Source of the DNA: Octopus bimaculoides
Lineage: Eukaryota
Length of the DNA: 41,158 bases
Assembly: GCF_001194135.2 (NCBI RefSeq)
Contig: NC_069000.1
Span: 1,116,468 to 1,157,625, forward strand
Direction of reading: 5' to 3'
The position numbers and the translations under genes are program-made. The first letter of the stretch is position 1, and every line of letters starts with the position of its first letter. Under the pieces are notes generated by a model. It did no database searches and was not told where the DNA came from. It saw only the letters and a list, made by a program, of their open reading frames with translations. Below, one piece after another: positions 22,640-34,746 of this stretch.

Positions 22640-22830
22640 TCATCATCATCATCCTTTAACGTCCGTTTTCCATGCTGGTATGGGTCGGATGGTTTGACCA
22701 GAGCTGAGAAGCAGCACCAGGTCCCAGTCTGATTTGGCTTGGTTTCTGTGGCTGGACACCCTTCTTAACACCAACCACCCCAAGACTGTGCTGGCTGCCT
22801 TTAACGTGGAACTGGCCCAAGACTCTTGCA
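22640..22830 (-). mobile_element. Retroelement 3' end with (GAT)n tail (RTE-type LINE or partner SINE)
   Basis: (CAT)n followed by TTTAACGTCCGTTTTCCATGCTGGTATGGGTCGGATGGTTTGAC; four related copies in the window. Confidence 0.75.
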
Positions 22831-23150
22831 GGCCAATCCCCTTCACCAGGGGCTAGTTAAAGCCCTTTACATTACGAGTTCAGATCCTGCTGAGCTCCTC
22901 ATTACCTTTCGTTCTTCCAGGGTTGGTGAAATTAATTTCCAGCTAAACACGGGTCGATTTATATTCCTTTAACAAAACCTAAAAGTGAAAGCAGAGGGGG
23001 AATAGGCAGAACTATGATGAAATGCTTTCCAGTAATGACCATCCCATTTGTTTTATTACGATTATACAAATCCAGGATGACACGTTCAACTAATATGTTC
23101 TCGTGTAAGACGGTTGGGTGGGAAGTGAGGTAAACTAGGCTGCTATTTCT

Positions 23151-23300
23151 GGTTTGGCAGAATCGTTAGAAAACCAGAGACAAAGCTTAATGTTATGAGT
23201 CCTCACGTTCTGAGTTCAAATCCTGCCCGGTTTAACTTTGCCTTTCATCTCTTCCCAGGGATCGATAAAATAAAGCAACCAGTCGGATCCTGGGAAGCAA
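23151..23300 (+). mobile_element. tRNA-derived SINE with Nin/Deu-like central domain
   Basis: TTGGCAGAATCGTTAG...GTTCTGAGTTCAAATCC...ACTTTGCCTTTCATC...GATCGATAAAATAAAGCAACCAG resembles the Deu/Nin domain GCCTTTCATCC..GGTCGATAAAAT.AGTACCAG. Confidence 0.75.
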
Positions 23301-23684
23301 TTCATAAATCCCACAATGCATCAAAGTAGAAGTGAATAGAATTACAATAAAAGAATAAGGTCGAGTGACCATGGAGAGAGTCCCTTCGTTAGGATGGGAC
23401 GACTCATCCCGACTCACTGCAAACTGGAGTCGAGTGTAGATTTTCAGAGACCCTAGGAGACTTGTCTGTCTGCATGTGTAGTCACTATGGTAACCAACTC
23501 TAGGCTTCACATACTATTCCCCCACCCCCACCCCCGCCTTCTACAGCTTCGTCTACTTTTCATATGTTGTAATTATAAACAGCTTATTGAAACTTGGGTT
23601 TTAGTTTACAATAATTTACGCAGCTCTGTTTGGTTTATTCTAAAAGCAATGGATTGCAGAACAATATAGGATTTCGCATCACAC

Positions 23685-23815
23685 ACTCGAGTCGGCATTA
23701 ATTTGTTCCGGGTGTTGCTAAAATAAGAGCCATTAGCATACTGGAGGTCGATGAAAACGATTATAACCCTCCTCTACAAAAATTGGACGTGTGCTTAAAT
23801 CAAAAGAAATCAATA
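23685..23815 (+). mobile_element. Nin/Deu-like SINE 3' fragment
   Basis: ACTGGAGGTCGATGAAAACGA...CCCTCCTCTACAAAAATTGG...GTGCTTAAATCAAAAGAAATCAAT is similar to the 3' end of the 13008 copy. Confidence 0.45.
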
Positions 23816-24071
23816 TTTTACATACGATAGACTGGCAACGTTTGTATAAGGCATGTAAATGTCTGTTGGAGTACGAATAAGTGTGGATGCACGCATGAAT
23901 GCTTTTCTATGTCTACACGTATGTGCCTCTCCTTATGTATATGTGTGTGTGTGAGTATGTATGTATGTATGTAAGGATAGAATAGATGTGCGAGTTTATG
24001 TAGATGCATTCTACCCTTGTCTGGATAAACCTATGTGCATGTTTTTTTTTCTAATTCAGTGTAAAAGCTAT

Positions 24072-24262
24072 CGTTGCTTATCCCTAGGTCAACGCTGACT
24101 GAGCAGACATAAAATCAGACATTCCTGCCATGACCATCTCCACCGTCTTTTTTTTTTTCCAGGCAAGAACAAACACAAGACTACATTATTCCAAATGTAT
24201 CTTTCCTTATTGAAGACGGTTTGTTGTGATTTTGGCTGCTATCTCTAGCAAATAGAACCACC
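24072..24262 (-). repeat. GCTAGAAATAGCAG-family repeat
   Basis: CCCTAGGTCA...CATTCCTGCCATGACCATC...GACTACATTATTCCAA...TTTGGCTGCTATCTCTAGCA. Confidence 0.62.
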
Positions 24263-25193
24263 CTGCAGAGGTGCTCCATCAGCAGAGATTAAATGTCTAT
24301 GTATAGATGTAATTTCATATATTTTTCAGCAAAATATGTTTATACATATTTCTGATGTTCTTAAACACATGTCCACACATACATGTGTATATGTGTGTGT
24401 GCGTGTAAATAAACGTACGCTTATATGAATTCACGCACAGTGTGTTTGAATAAATCTTTGCCGAAAACGGATAGAAGAGATACGCAAATAAATAATTTGA
24501 GAGATAAAAGGCAAAAAAATAGATAAAATGTAAACATGTTGCGGGTTGAAGATAGATATCTAACATTTAAAGGCGAACCCTTCGTTTGCGTGAGACATAT
24601 TAGCACACAATAAGTGCGTTAGTTCCAACTTAACCCTTTTCTTTCTATGCAAAAGGCGTGTCTGGGTAATTCCCCCCTCCACACACTCACGCACCCGTCA
24701 GTTACTCTATAAACAAACAAGAGATGAGGATGGAAGGGAAGGAGTTATCAAAATAGAAAGAAATCTAGACGTGTGTATAAAGAGAGATAGGAGAAAGAAG
24801 CTGTAAACTCCAACAATAAAACACGCACAACAAAAAGACAACAATGGCAATAATACAACAATTATAGATTTCTTCAAATTTCACAAACAACGCCATCACC
24901 ACCACCACTGAGTGTTATACAGTTGTCTCCCCTTGATCTCATTATAATGTCTGTCATTGATTGAAGAGAGAGGGGCAGGCTATGAGACGAGCAGAGGAGG
25001 AGGAGTGAGAGGAGACGCAGACAGCGAAATAGAGAGAGAGGAAGAAAGGACAGAGAGAGAGAGACGAAAAAATATTGATAGAATGGTGGTGGTGGTGGGA
25101 AGAGGGTGAAGTTTGAGAAGAGAAAGAAACATAAAAAGAGTTGCTGCGAAATACGTACGTAGTATGTGTGTGTGAGAGAGTTGGAGGGAGGGT

Positions 25194-25229
<36 letters not shown>

Positions 25230-25531
25230 NNNNNNNNNNNNNNNNNNNNNNNNNNNNNNNNNNNNNNNNNNNNNNNNNNNNNNNNNNNNNNNNNNNNNNN
25301 NNNNNNNNNNNNNNNNNNNNNNNNNNNNNNNNNNNNNNNNNNNNNNNNNNNNNNNNNNNNNNNNNNNNNNNNNNNNNNNNNNNNNNNNNNNNNNNNNNNN
25401 NNNNNNNNNNNNNNNNNNNNNNNNNNNNNNNNNNNNNNNNNNNNNNNNNNNNNNNNNNNNNNNNNNNNNNNNNNNNNNNNNNNNNNNNNNNNNNNNNNNN
25501 NNNNNNNNNNNNNNNNNNNNNNNNNNNNNNN

Positions 25532-25562
<31 letters not shown>

Positions 25563-27300
25563 GAGGAAGTCTACAGATACAGAGACACATAAAAGAGATA
25601 TGACAGAGGGTAGGCTTCTTTCTGAGAATGGAACTGGTGCCTCAGAGCCAGAGAGATTTATGTAAAAAGTGAGAGAGATACAGAGAGATTGGGGATGTCT
25701 ATCTATCTATCTATTTATCTCTCTCTCTCTTTATAAGTGTATATGTCTGTATATTTGTATGATTAAAAATCAGAGAGAGAAAGTATATGAAAAGTGAAAA
25801 AAAAAAAGGGGGCGGAAAATAAAGGCAATAGAGTCTTGGAGGGGAAAGGACTAGTGAATAAGACATTGAAAGGAAGAACTATAGAATGAAAGAGAAGGCG
25901 AGAATTAGAAGGGTATTTCCCCCCACCCCCACCCAGCAAGCAAGGAGAGCCGGGTTTTTCTTTCATTTCATACACTTCTACCCCATCACCAGAAAAACCT
26001 CTTCAATCACGGACATGTTGAGGAATTACTCTCCAGGAATATCTTCGTTTTGGCAGAGACGTAATAAAAGCAGTGGGGGGAGGGGGAGAACTGGAAACGA
26101 TGGAAACTCCTCTTTCTTTGTTTGTGTCTTCATTAAAGATGAGGAAAAAATATCCCCCCCACATTTAGCTTCAGCACCCCACCAATATCTCAACTTATTC
26201 CGAGGGTTTTTTTCTCTTTAACTCTTCCTCTCTTATCCTTTCCATCTCTCTCTATTACTTTCACATTCTGTTGGGGTACATACACACTCGCACATACGCG
26301 CCCACACACACGCATATACAAATGTGCGAGCGTGCGCGGACACACACACACACAGACGCACGCCCACATAGACACAAAGGCACGCTCACACACATGCACA
26401 AACATAAGCACAGACGCACGCAGTTCTTCCATCTTGTTTTCTCAGACTGACTCTCTCTCTCTCTCTTACTGTCTTCTTCTCTTTCAATTTCTCTATTTTT
26501 CTCTTTGTTTTCGCCATCCCTTTATTCACACTTCCTTTTTTCTCTCCTCCCCCCCTTGTCATTTTTCTGTCTATCACTCTTCCCACTCTCTCTCTCCCTT
26601 TTCATCTCTTCATTTCTCTGCTTATCTCTGCCTCACATTTTTTTCCCTTCATTTTTAATACTTTCACTATTATTTTGCCTCTGTGTAGTACGTGCGTACA
26701 TGGCCGTGTGCATCTCTATATACATACACTTACACATATACGCATATATGTATGTAAGTGTTCATTTGTTTATATATATATATGAATATATACTTACAAG
26801 TCTCCATATATGTGTATGTGTGTGTATATATATATATATGTGTGTATATATACATACATACACACATATATAGATAGATATGTATATATACATATACACA
26901 TACATTCACGCATAATACCTACAACCCCCACCTATCTACCCATCTCCCCCCTCCCACATATATACATACTAACATAAGTGTTTTGAGTGAAATAATGGAG
27001 AATGGGGAGAAATCGTTAAAATAGAAATTGTGTGTGGTGTGTTTCATTGTATGTATATGTGCATGTGTGTATGCTTGCGCGCACGTGTGTGTGTGTGTGT
27101 TGTCTAATTAGAACGACTGTTAATTCGTAAAACGATAAGAACTGATTAAAATATCTCGAGAGAAAAAAAGGAAGAAAGAAACTTCTTTATTCCTTAGTGA
27201 AACTTGAGTTGTTTTTTTTAATTGGAGGGTAGCGGCATGAAAAGACAACAGAAGTGGGAGTTTGTGATGTTCATGCTTTGCCCACGATTATTAACGAAAC

Positions 27301-27400
27301 AGAGGACCCTCTAGCAATCACTCGACCTGGTAGAAATACCAGCTAAATACTCCCCTACCCTCATCATATCATAGCATCTTAAATAGGGAACACAGTATAG
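27301..27400 (+). repeat. GCTAGAAATAGCAG-family repeat fragment
   Basis: ACTCGACCTGGTAGAAATACCAGCTAAATAC. Confidence 0.5.
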
Positions 27401-28497
27401 TTTTATATATATACAAGCCCCATATTTGTGTGTGTGTGTGTGTGCACCCACTAAAAAGATAGAATGGTGTGGCTACGACTAGAAGGCTTTAAATCGAGGT
27501 TTACAATAACGATGACGACGAAAGCTGGAAAGGAGACGAAAAAACAAGGCGTCAAAATACGAGTGAGTTTCAGAGGCGATTTGAAACCTCGTCGGTATGC
27601 ATTACTAGGTAGGGTGTTAGGGAGAGTGTCACGTCGTAAAGCTGGTTCTTTATATACACCAATGTGTTTGCCGCTGAAACAAAAGAAATCATGAAATTGT
27701 GGAACGGAGAAACGAAAAGAGAAAAACCATAGAGAAAAATCGACGAAAAAAGAAAATGGAAGTGAAATAAAGAGTTGAATAATAAAAGACGAAAGAAAGA
27801 AAGGAAAAAGAAAAGAAAATGTACTGCAACTTACTAAAAATTCTGATTGATAGTATGTGTCTCTCTCTATATAGACACATACATGCATACACAAACATGC
27901 ACACTCACGCACACACACACATAACTAACAATTCGGGGGAAAGAACGATCTCGGCGATGTTTTATTTCAAGTGAGATACAAAAGACAGCGGCTATTTTTT
28001 GTCTTCGTTTTCTGTTATTTCGTTGTGATTTCCATTTTCCTCCTCTCTATTTCCCTTATATATCATTCTTTGTTTACTTCTTTCTTTCCTTCTGGTATAT
28101 ATGTCTTTGTTTCTTTCTCGCTTCTTTGCTTGTAATAAATATAAGTGGCGTAGAGAGAGAGAGAGAGAAGCATCTTTCAATGTGATGGTGGTGGCGGTAG
28201 TTAAAACGAGCTGGAAATAATCTGATCTTTTCCCCACCCCTCATCGCATATCTTTCATCCTCTTCAGTCTCACACGTGTATATATATGTATGAATGTATA
28301 TATGTACATATATCGTATCTATTACACGCGCGCGCGCATATGTACAAAGATGCGTGTATACAGAAAAGAAAAACGACGGAATGGACCAATTTCCAGCTAT
28401 AACAGCATACAAAACAAGTACACACACACACACATATATATGCATGTATGTATATACTCCAGCATGGTCGCAGTCATATGACCGAATATATACATAC

Positions 28498-28570
28498 GTG
28501 TGTATATGTGTATATGTGTATATGTGTATATGTGTATATGTGTATATGTGTATATGTGTATATGTGTGTG
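28498..28570. repeat. (TATATGTG)n 8-mer tandem repeat
   Basis: Direct reading. Confidence 0.9.
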
Positions 28571-28910
28571 TGGTACAAACATTTGAAACAAAACTCAATA
28601 CTTGGAGTAGATTGGAAAGGTATGCTTATTATTTATATAAAATGAATGAGTCTACTCGATTTTCGCCTGATGGCTGATAGTAACTGTTGCTGGGATTATA
28701 TATGTATACATGGGGTGGGGGAGGCAAATAAAAAATTTCCAAACAGAAAAAACAACAACAAAAGTCAATTAGATGTTCACAGTGACTATATTAGATTGAC
28801 GCTCAGTGTGGAAATGACGTTTCGAGCACTGGCTCTTCGTCAGAGAGAGAAGAAGAAAGTCTAGAGAGGAGGAAACAGTCTGGAGAAAAGCATCTATCTA
28901 CCTCTCTCTC

Positions 28911-28941
<31 letters not shown>

Positions 28942-29411
28942 TTATGTCCGGTCGCATTGACCGTCCAACAGTCATTCTGTACAACCCGTACATGGTCGAG
29001 GCGTCGCTGACTAAGCCGGTGTCTCCTCCCTGCTTAATAATGGTTGCTATGGACTCAAATCGGACAAAACGATCCCCGTTAAAGGGTCGATGAGCCCAGT
29101 ATTAGAGTCAAGGATTGTCTGGCAGTAAATGCACGCGAACCTTCTGAAAGATCACTTTAGGTGCGATGGACCCCTAGTTCTTGTCAGACCAACCCTAGTT
29201 TTTCTCTTAGACATCTAAAGATCATTCAGCTTTTGGTGGACCAAGCTAATAGTAGTCCACAGGGAGAAAATGTGTTCTTTACGGAAAGTGAGTGGAAATC
29301 TGTGCACGCTTCGTTTCCCAAATCAGTTTTACGATATCGTGCATATGCTGTTTAGATGTTGGCTGAAGAGTTTTCCATTCGTCTAAAAGAGATTAGAGAC
29401 GAAAATAATGA

Positions 29412-30735
29412 CTCTTATACACTGGAGGGGGGGGCACTTTGGGGGTCTGCTGTAGGAAATTAATTTTTGTGAGGTCCGGGGGCGGCAAACGGAAGGGCCA
29501 CCCCAGGTGCGAAATTTTTTTCCCCCGAGAGTTCTGGACCCCAGTTATGAACTCATTTGCATGCAGCCAATCAGAGCTCTATAGAATAGTGTCATAGAAT
29601 TAAATACGATAATTATAATAAATAGATCTATAATTACTACCAATAATATAATAGCACTCACTCATTGTCGTGACTATTTTTTTGTTTTGTTTTTATACAA
29701 AAGCTCATAAAATGAATAAAACTCGTTTTTCGCTGAAGACCACAAGAAAATGCACATGTGGGACTCGGTCAACCAAAGATACATTAACAAAACACTCACA
29801 CGTCCATAATTCGTATCAATGAATCAATGTGTATTTATAAGACCTTCAAGCAGTTTCCCTACATTCATATTCGTCAAAAACATTACATTTTATTGCTATA
29901 ATAATTCAAACTTACCGCTAACCAGCCTGTCTGTTCAGTATCGATGATATTAGCATCTGATTGAGAGCGCAATACAAGATCCTTATGGCGATCAGAGGTT
30001 GCCATTTTGAATGCCAAAATTGTTGACTTGACAAGGTCAAGGTAAGCTCTGATTGGCTGTATGCAAATGAGTTCATTACTGGGGTCCGGGACGGGTAATT
30101 TTCCCCCCACGGGTAATTTTTCCCCCTTGATCTGGTACACAAACAACTACGCAGAGGCAGCCATGCAAATAACAAAGGATCAGACCTGTTCAGCTCTCAG
30201 ATTACGCCCAGACGCAAAGCCCAACATAATATTTGTGAATGTGTTATAAACAAGCAATCTATTGGTAAGACACACTCTACCAAGTAAACTCAAGACGAAG
30301 AACGGTGATGTAAAGCAACCGATCGCAAAGTTATGCCTGATTTTTGAAACAGACAAATAATTAGATAGATTTGCATCTATACCTACAATCGGATTTTGCT
30401 AGGGCCCCATATGGTAAAGATGTGGATGGGGAAAGTGTTGGTAGAGGGTGATGTGCGAGCAACCCTCTCCCCTTCTTACTGTTTTACAAAGTAAACAACA
30501 ACACAAATGACTACGCAGAGGCAACCATGGTTGAAACAAGAACAAGAAAAACAAGCATTATTAAAAGAGAGAGCACGGTCATTCCTTATCCAAGTGACCT
30601 TATCTTATCGCCTGTCACTTGTTATGCGCTCATAAATTAGTTTGATAGTTGAGCTCTGATTGAGTTCATAACTGGAGTCCGGAACTTTCGCGCCTCGGGC
30701 GGTACATGCTCTAGCCAGGCTAAAGCTCTTATACA
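29412..30735. mobile_element. Unclassified non-autonomous element with octamer/CCAAT inverted repeats and flanking 10-bp direct repeats
   Basis: 43-bp inverted repeat 29536-29578 vs 30045-30087 (2 mismatches); a third, internally deleted copy at 30652-30684; CTCTTATACA at 29412-29421 and 30726-30735. Confidence 0.5.
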
Positions 30736-31043
30736 ACTCCAGAGTTGGTTTTACGAAAATTCGTCCTAAGAAATTTCGTTCTAAATGACCTCATCAGGTT
30801 TTGTCTTTAATGGTTGACATTGAATAAAGACTTTTATGAAACCTTTCATCATTCTTTCTTTCTTTTTTATTAAAAAAAAAAAATACTGATATAACAGGCT
30901 TTATAATTGTCCATACGGAGAATTTGTCTTTCGGCGAATCTTCCGGATACATCTTGAGTTGTCGTTCGGGGTGTCAAGATAAGGGGAGCAGCGATCTATT
31001 GAACTCTCGAATGAGCTTTTTATTTTTTTACTTTTTTTATCTC

Positions 31044-31106
31044 ACTTGTTTCAGTCATTAGATTGCGGTCAGGCTGGAGCACCGCCTTGAAGAATTTTTA
31101 GTCGAA
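31044..31106 (-). mobile_element. CORE-type SINE tail fragment
   Basis: CTTGTTTCAGTCATTAGATTGCGG...GGAGCACCGCCTTGAAG is the reverse complement of the family tail. Confidence 0.75.
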
Positions 31107-31204
31107 TGAATCGATCCCAGGACTTACGTATGTGTGTATGTATGTATGTATGTATGTATGTATGTATACACGCATACATACAGACGTACACACACACACA
31201 CATA

Positions 31205-31252
31205 TAGGCGCAGGCATGGCTATGTGGAAAGAAGCTTGCTTCCTAACCACAT
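31205..31252 (+). mobile_element. CORE-type SINE tRNA head fragment
   Basis: TAGGCGCAGGCATGGCTATGTGGAAAGAAGCTTGCTTCCTAACCACATG aligns with the head at 39842. Confidence 0.65.
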
Positions 31253-31477
31253 GACAACTTTCTCTGTCATAGTCAATGCGACGATCACACGCTACACACC
31301 TTCCTTCCAAGCACTGCTGTATACAGCAGAAGTGAGCTAGAACGTCAAAACTTAGTGCACAGGCACAGCAGAGTTCAAGGTCAATTTGTGCCAAGCGGTT
31401 TCACTCTGCATGCTTTAGCTTCGTTACTATGTCAACAGTCCGGATACTTATTGATCAGACCATATATATATGCATAT

Positions 31478-31968
31478 AATCAAAATAAGCAACAAGGATT
31501 TTAAAGATGGTTGCAGTACGCACGTTTCATGCTACTCCATTTATTTAAGTAATGTGAGCATTATATTAAATGCAATATGTAGAACAATCTTCAGCTGCAC
31601 GAAAATGCAGAAAATTACAGTAGAATAGACATATTATAATTGTGGCAACATTTCAAATCCAAGTGGGAGGAAGAATACATAAAAATCCATCTTGACATAG
31701 CCAAGAATACATAAAAATCCATCTTGACTAGCCTGATAGACTTGGCTATGTCAAGATGGATTTTTATGTATTCTTCCTCCCACTTGGATTTGAAATGTTG
31801 CCAAAATTATAATATGTCTATTCTACTGTAATTTACTGCATTTTTGTGCAGCTGAAGATTGCTCTACATATTGCATTTAATGTAATGCTCACATTACTTA
31901 AATAAATGGAGTAGCATGAAACGTACGTACTGCAACCATCTTTAAAATCCTTGTTGCTTATTTTGATT
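31478..31968. repeat. 491-bp foldback palindrome (228-bp arms, 35-nt spacer)
   Basis: 31478-31705 is the reverse complement of 31741-31968 with 6 substitutions and no indels. Confidence 0.97.
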
Positions 31969-32831
31969 TTTTGATCACCTAGTTTTTGGAATGGTTTTTA
32001 TATAATACCATTACTATATTCTGGTGCCTAAACATAAGTACCATATTCAATTTTTGAATCTAAATCTAAACCTTATATATACATATATGTATGTCCATGT
32101 TTGTGTGGGGTGTGTGTGTGTGGGGGGGGGGTGATGCGTACACCACAAACACCCACACGTCCACACATACCCACACTGACACTCACATACGCGCGTGCTC
32201 ACACACACACACATACATACACACACACTCATACACACACACATATTAAGAAAGAGAGGGAAAGAAAGAGGGAGACAAGGACGGGCGATAAGTAAAAAGT
32301 AAGAGTGGGTAAGAGAGAGAGAGAGAAAATACGCAGTGAGAGTGAGAGAGAGATACATAATATGTATATATATCTATATATATCTATATGGAGAGAATTT
32401 CTTGTAGGCTTGTTTTTTTCATTACATAACTACACGACGATAAGAAAAACAGCTCCAAGTATAGAAGTAAAGAAGTATAGAAGTATATATGTACGTGTGT
32501 GTGTGTGTGTGTGTTTAGACATACGTAAAATTATAATGTTTAGGAAACATATTAATAAATATTGATTTATTTTCGTGGACATGGCGACTGCTCTCCAAAC
32601 GTAGTCAGTGTATATAACTTCATCGTCCATTTTCTTACGCTCACTCATTACTTCGTAAACTATATCTCAATATTTCATTCCCTGCTTCATACGCTAAATA
32701 TACATTCCACGTTTCTATTAGAACATTTTCTAGATCTGATATCATATATATATATATATATNNNNNNNNNNNNNNNNNNNNNNNNNNNNNNNNNNNNNNN
32801 NNNNNNNNNNNNNNNNNNNNNNNNNNNNNNT

Positions 32832-33119
32832 ATATTCTTTTACTTGTTTCAGTCATTTGACTGCGGCCATGCTGCAGTACCACCATGAAGGATTTTAGTT
32901 GAACGAAACGACCTCCAGTACTTATTTTTAAGCCTGGTAATATTCCATCGGTTACTTTTGCCGAACCGCTAAGTTACAGGGACGTAAACACAGCAACAGT
33001 TCTCAATTGGTGGAAGTGGAAAAACACTGACACACGCACACGCACGCGCGCACCACGCTGTGGGACTGAACTCCAAACCATGTGGTTGGGAAGCAAGTGT
33101 CTTACCACACAGCCACGTG
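32832..33119 (-). mobile_element. CORE-type SINE with the CORE segment deleted (head joined to tail)
   Basis: Reverse complement gives A-box TGGCTGTGTGG and B-box GAGTTCAGTCCC, then passes directly to a TG-like tract and the tail. Confidence 0.8.
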
Positions 33120-33124
33120 CATAT

Positions 33125-33370
33125 CTTTTATCTTTTATTTGTTTCAGTCTCTTTTGACTGCGGCCATCCTGGAGCACCGTGTTTAACGGTTTTAGTCGAA
33201 TAAATCGACCCCAGGACTTATTTTGTTTAAAGCCTAATACGTTTTCTATCGGTCTCTTTTGCCGATTCGCTAGGTAACGGGGACGTAAGCACACCAACAC
33301 CAGTTGTCAAGCAGTGGTGGCGAGCAAACACTGACACAAACACACACACAGACACACACACACACACACA
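33125..33370 (-). mobile_element. CORE-type SINE tail half, tandem to the previous copy
   Basis: TTTGTTTCAGTC...GACTGCGGCCATCCTGGAGCACC...TTTGCCGATTCGCTAGG...CAGTTGTCAAGC followed by (CA)n. Confidence 0.8.
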
Positions 33371-33741
33371 AGCACGCACTTTATTTTTCCCCTTTTATCT
33401 TTCAATGTGCCACGTGTCACCTCAACCCTGCGGTGAGTGACACCGCTGATAAGTGTGTCGTAGATTCGCCATCACTCACTCTCCTACTCTTTCCATTTTT
33501 TCCGGTTCGTTTTGTCTCTGTATTAGTTTCTCTCATTCATTTAACCCGGAGGAAGGAGTCGCAGCCTTGCAAGGCTGGGGCCACGACCCCTTCCTCCAAA
33601 TCAACCTAATGATGCGGTTAAAGATTGTCTTAAATAACTACAAATCAACGAACGACGTTGCGCTAAAACGGAAGAAATAGGCAGAATGGTTAGTGTAGGG
33701 AATGGAATGGATGGAAGGATGAGAGAGGGAGAGATGAGTAG

Positions 33742-33920
33742 GTCGCACCTGCTAGAAATAGCAGTCAAATCTTCCTCAAGTTACGCTGTTGTCCTGAGAA
33801 AGGGAAAGAAATCACATTTTGCATGATGTAGTCCTAGATATACACTTAAAAAGACAGGGTGGTCATGACTGGAATTCCTTTGATTCACTCAAACATGGCC
33901 GACGTGGAGTTAAGCAGCAT
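33742..33920 (+). repeat. Interspersed repeat (GCTAGAAATAGCAG family, (AAC)n-tailed, probable SINE 3' part)
   Basis: CCTGCTAGAAATAGCAGTCAAATC...ATGTAGTCCTAGATACAC...GGTCATGACTGGAAT; at least seven related copies in the window. Confidence 0.7.
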
Positions 33921-33959
33921 CTTAATGTTTAAACCATACACATTGTCTATTTTACAAAT

Positions 33960-34170
33960 CTGCTTGACAACAAGTGTTGGTGTGTTTATGTCCCCAAAAC
34001 TTAGCAGTTCGGTTAAAGAGACCGAGGGAATAAACACTAGGATTAAAAAGAAAATAACTCCTGGGGGGGTCGATTCGGTCGGTGAAAAAATCCTTCAAGG
34101 CGATGCCCCAGCATGACCGAAGCATGGCTGCAGCATGGCCGAAACAAGTAAAGGATAGAAAATAAAAAAT
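33960..34170 (+). mobile_element. CORE-type SINE tail half
   Basis: GCTTGACAAC...CTTAGCAGTTCGGTTAAAGAGACC...CTTCAAGGCGATGCCCCAGCATG...GAAACAAGTAAA. Confidence 0.78.
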
Positions 34171-34279
34171 ACAATCCATCTGACGGGCTTCTTTACAGTT
34201 TCCTTTTACTCGAACTATATTATTTACTCTAAAGTGAACCACGAGAAACAAAGAAGAAAAGATGTGGGAACCACTTCTC

Positions 34280-34430
34280 TGTTGCTAAAAAACAAGGTAG
34301 ACACATTAGATAATGTAGTCTTAGATACACTTAGTTTGGAAAAATGACAAGATTGTCGTGACAAGAGTACATTTCACCGGTGGTCTACTCAATAACAACT
34401 AACCTAGGGTTAAACAACAACAAAAACAAT
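34280..34430 (+). repeat. GCTAGAAATAGCAG-family repeat 3' half
   Basis: GACACATTAGATAATGTAGTCTTAGATACAC...CCTAGGGTTAAACAACAAC. Confidence 0.6.
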
Positions 34431-34611
34431 AATTCTTGCTAAGTCACGCTTTCTATGGCGATCCCTGTTTAACACACCACATCGCACCACAATATACATG
34501 ATCAGCAAACCATTTATTTGCTGATGTCTACCAAACAGATACTAATTCATGGAGTGCACGCAGAACAACGAGAATCCAGACTTGAATAATTTACAAATTA
34601 AGAAAAATAAT

Positions 34612-34739
<128 letters not shown>

Positions 34740-34746
34740 CATACTT

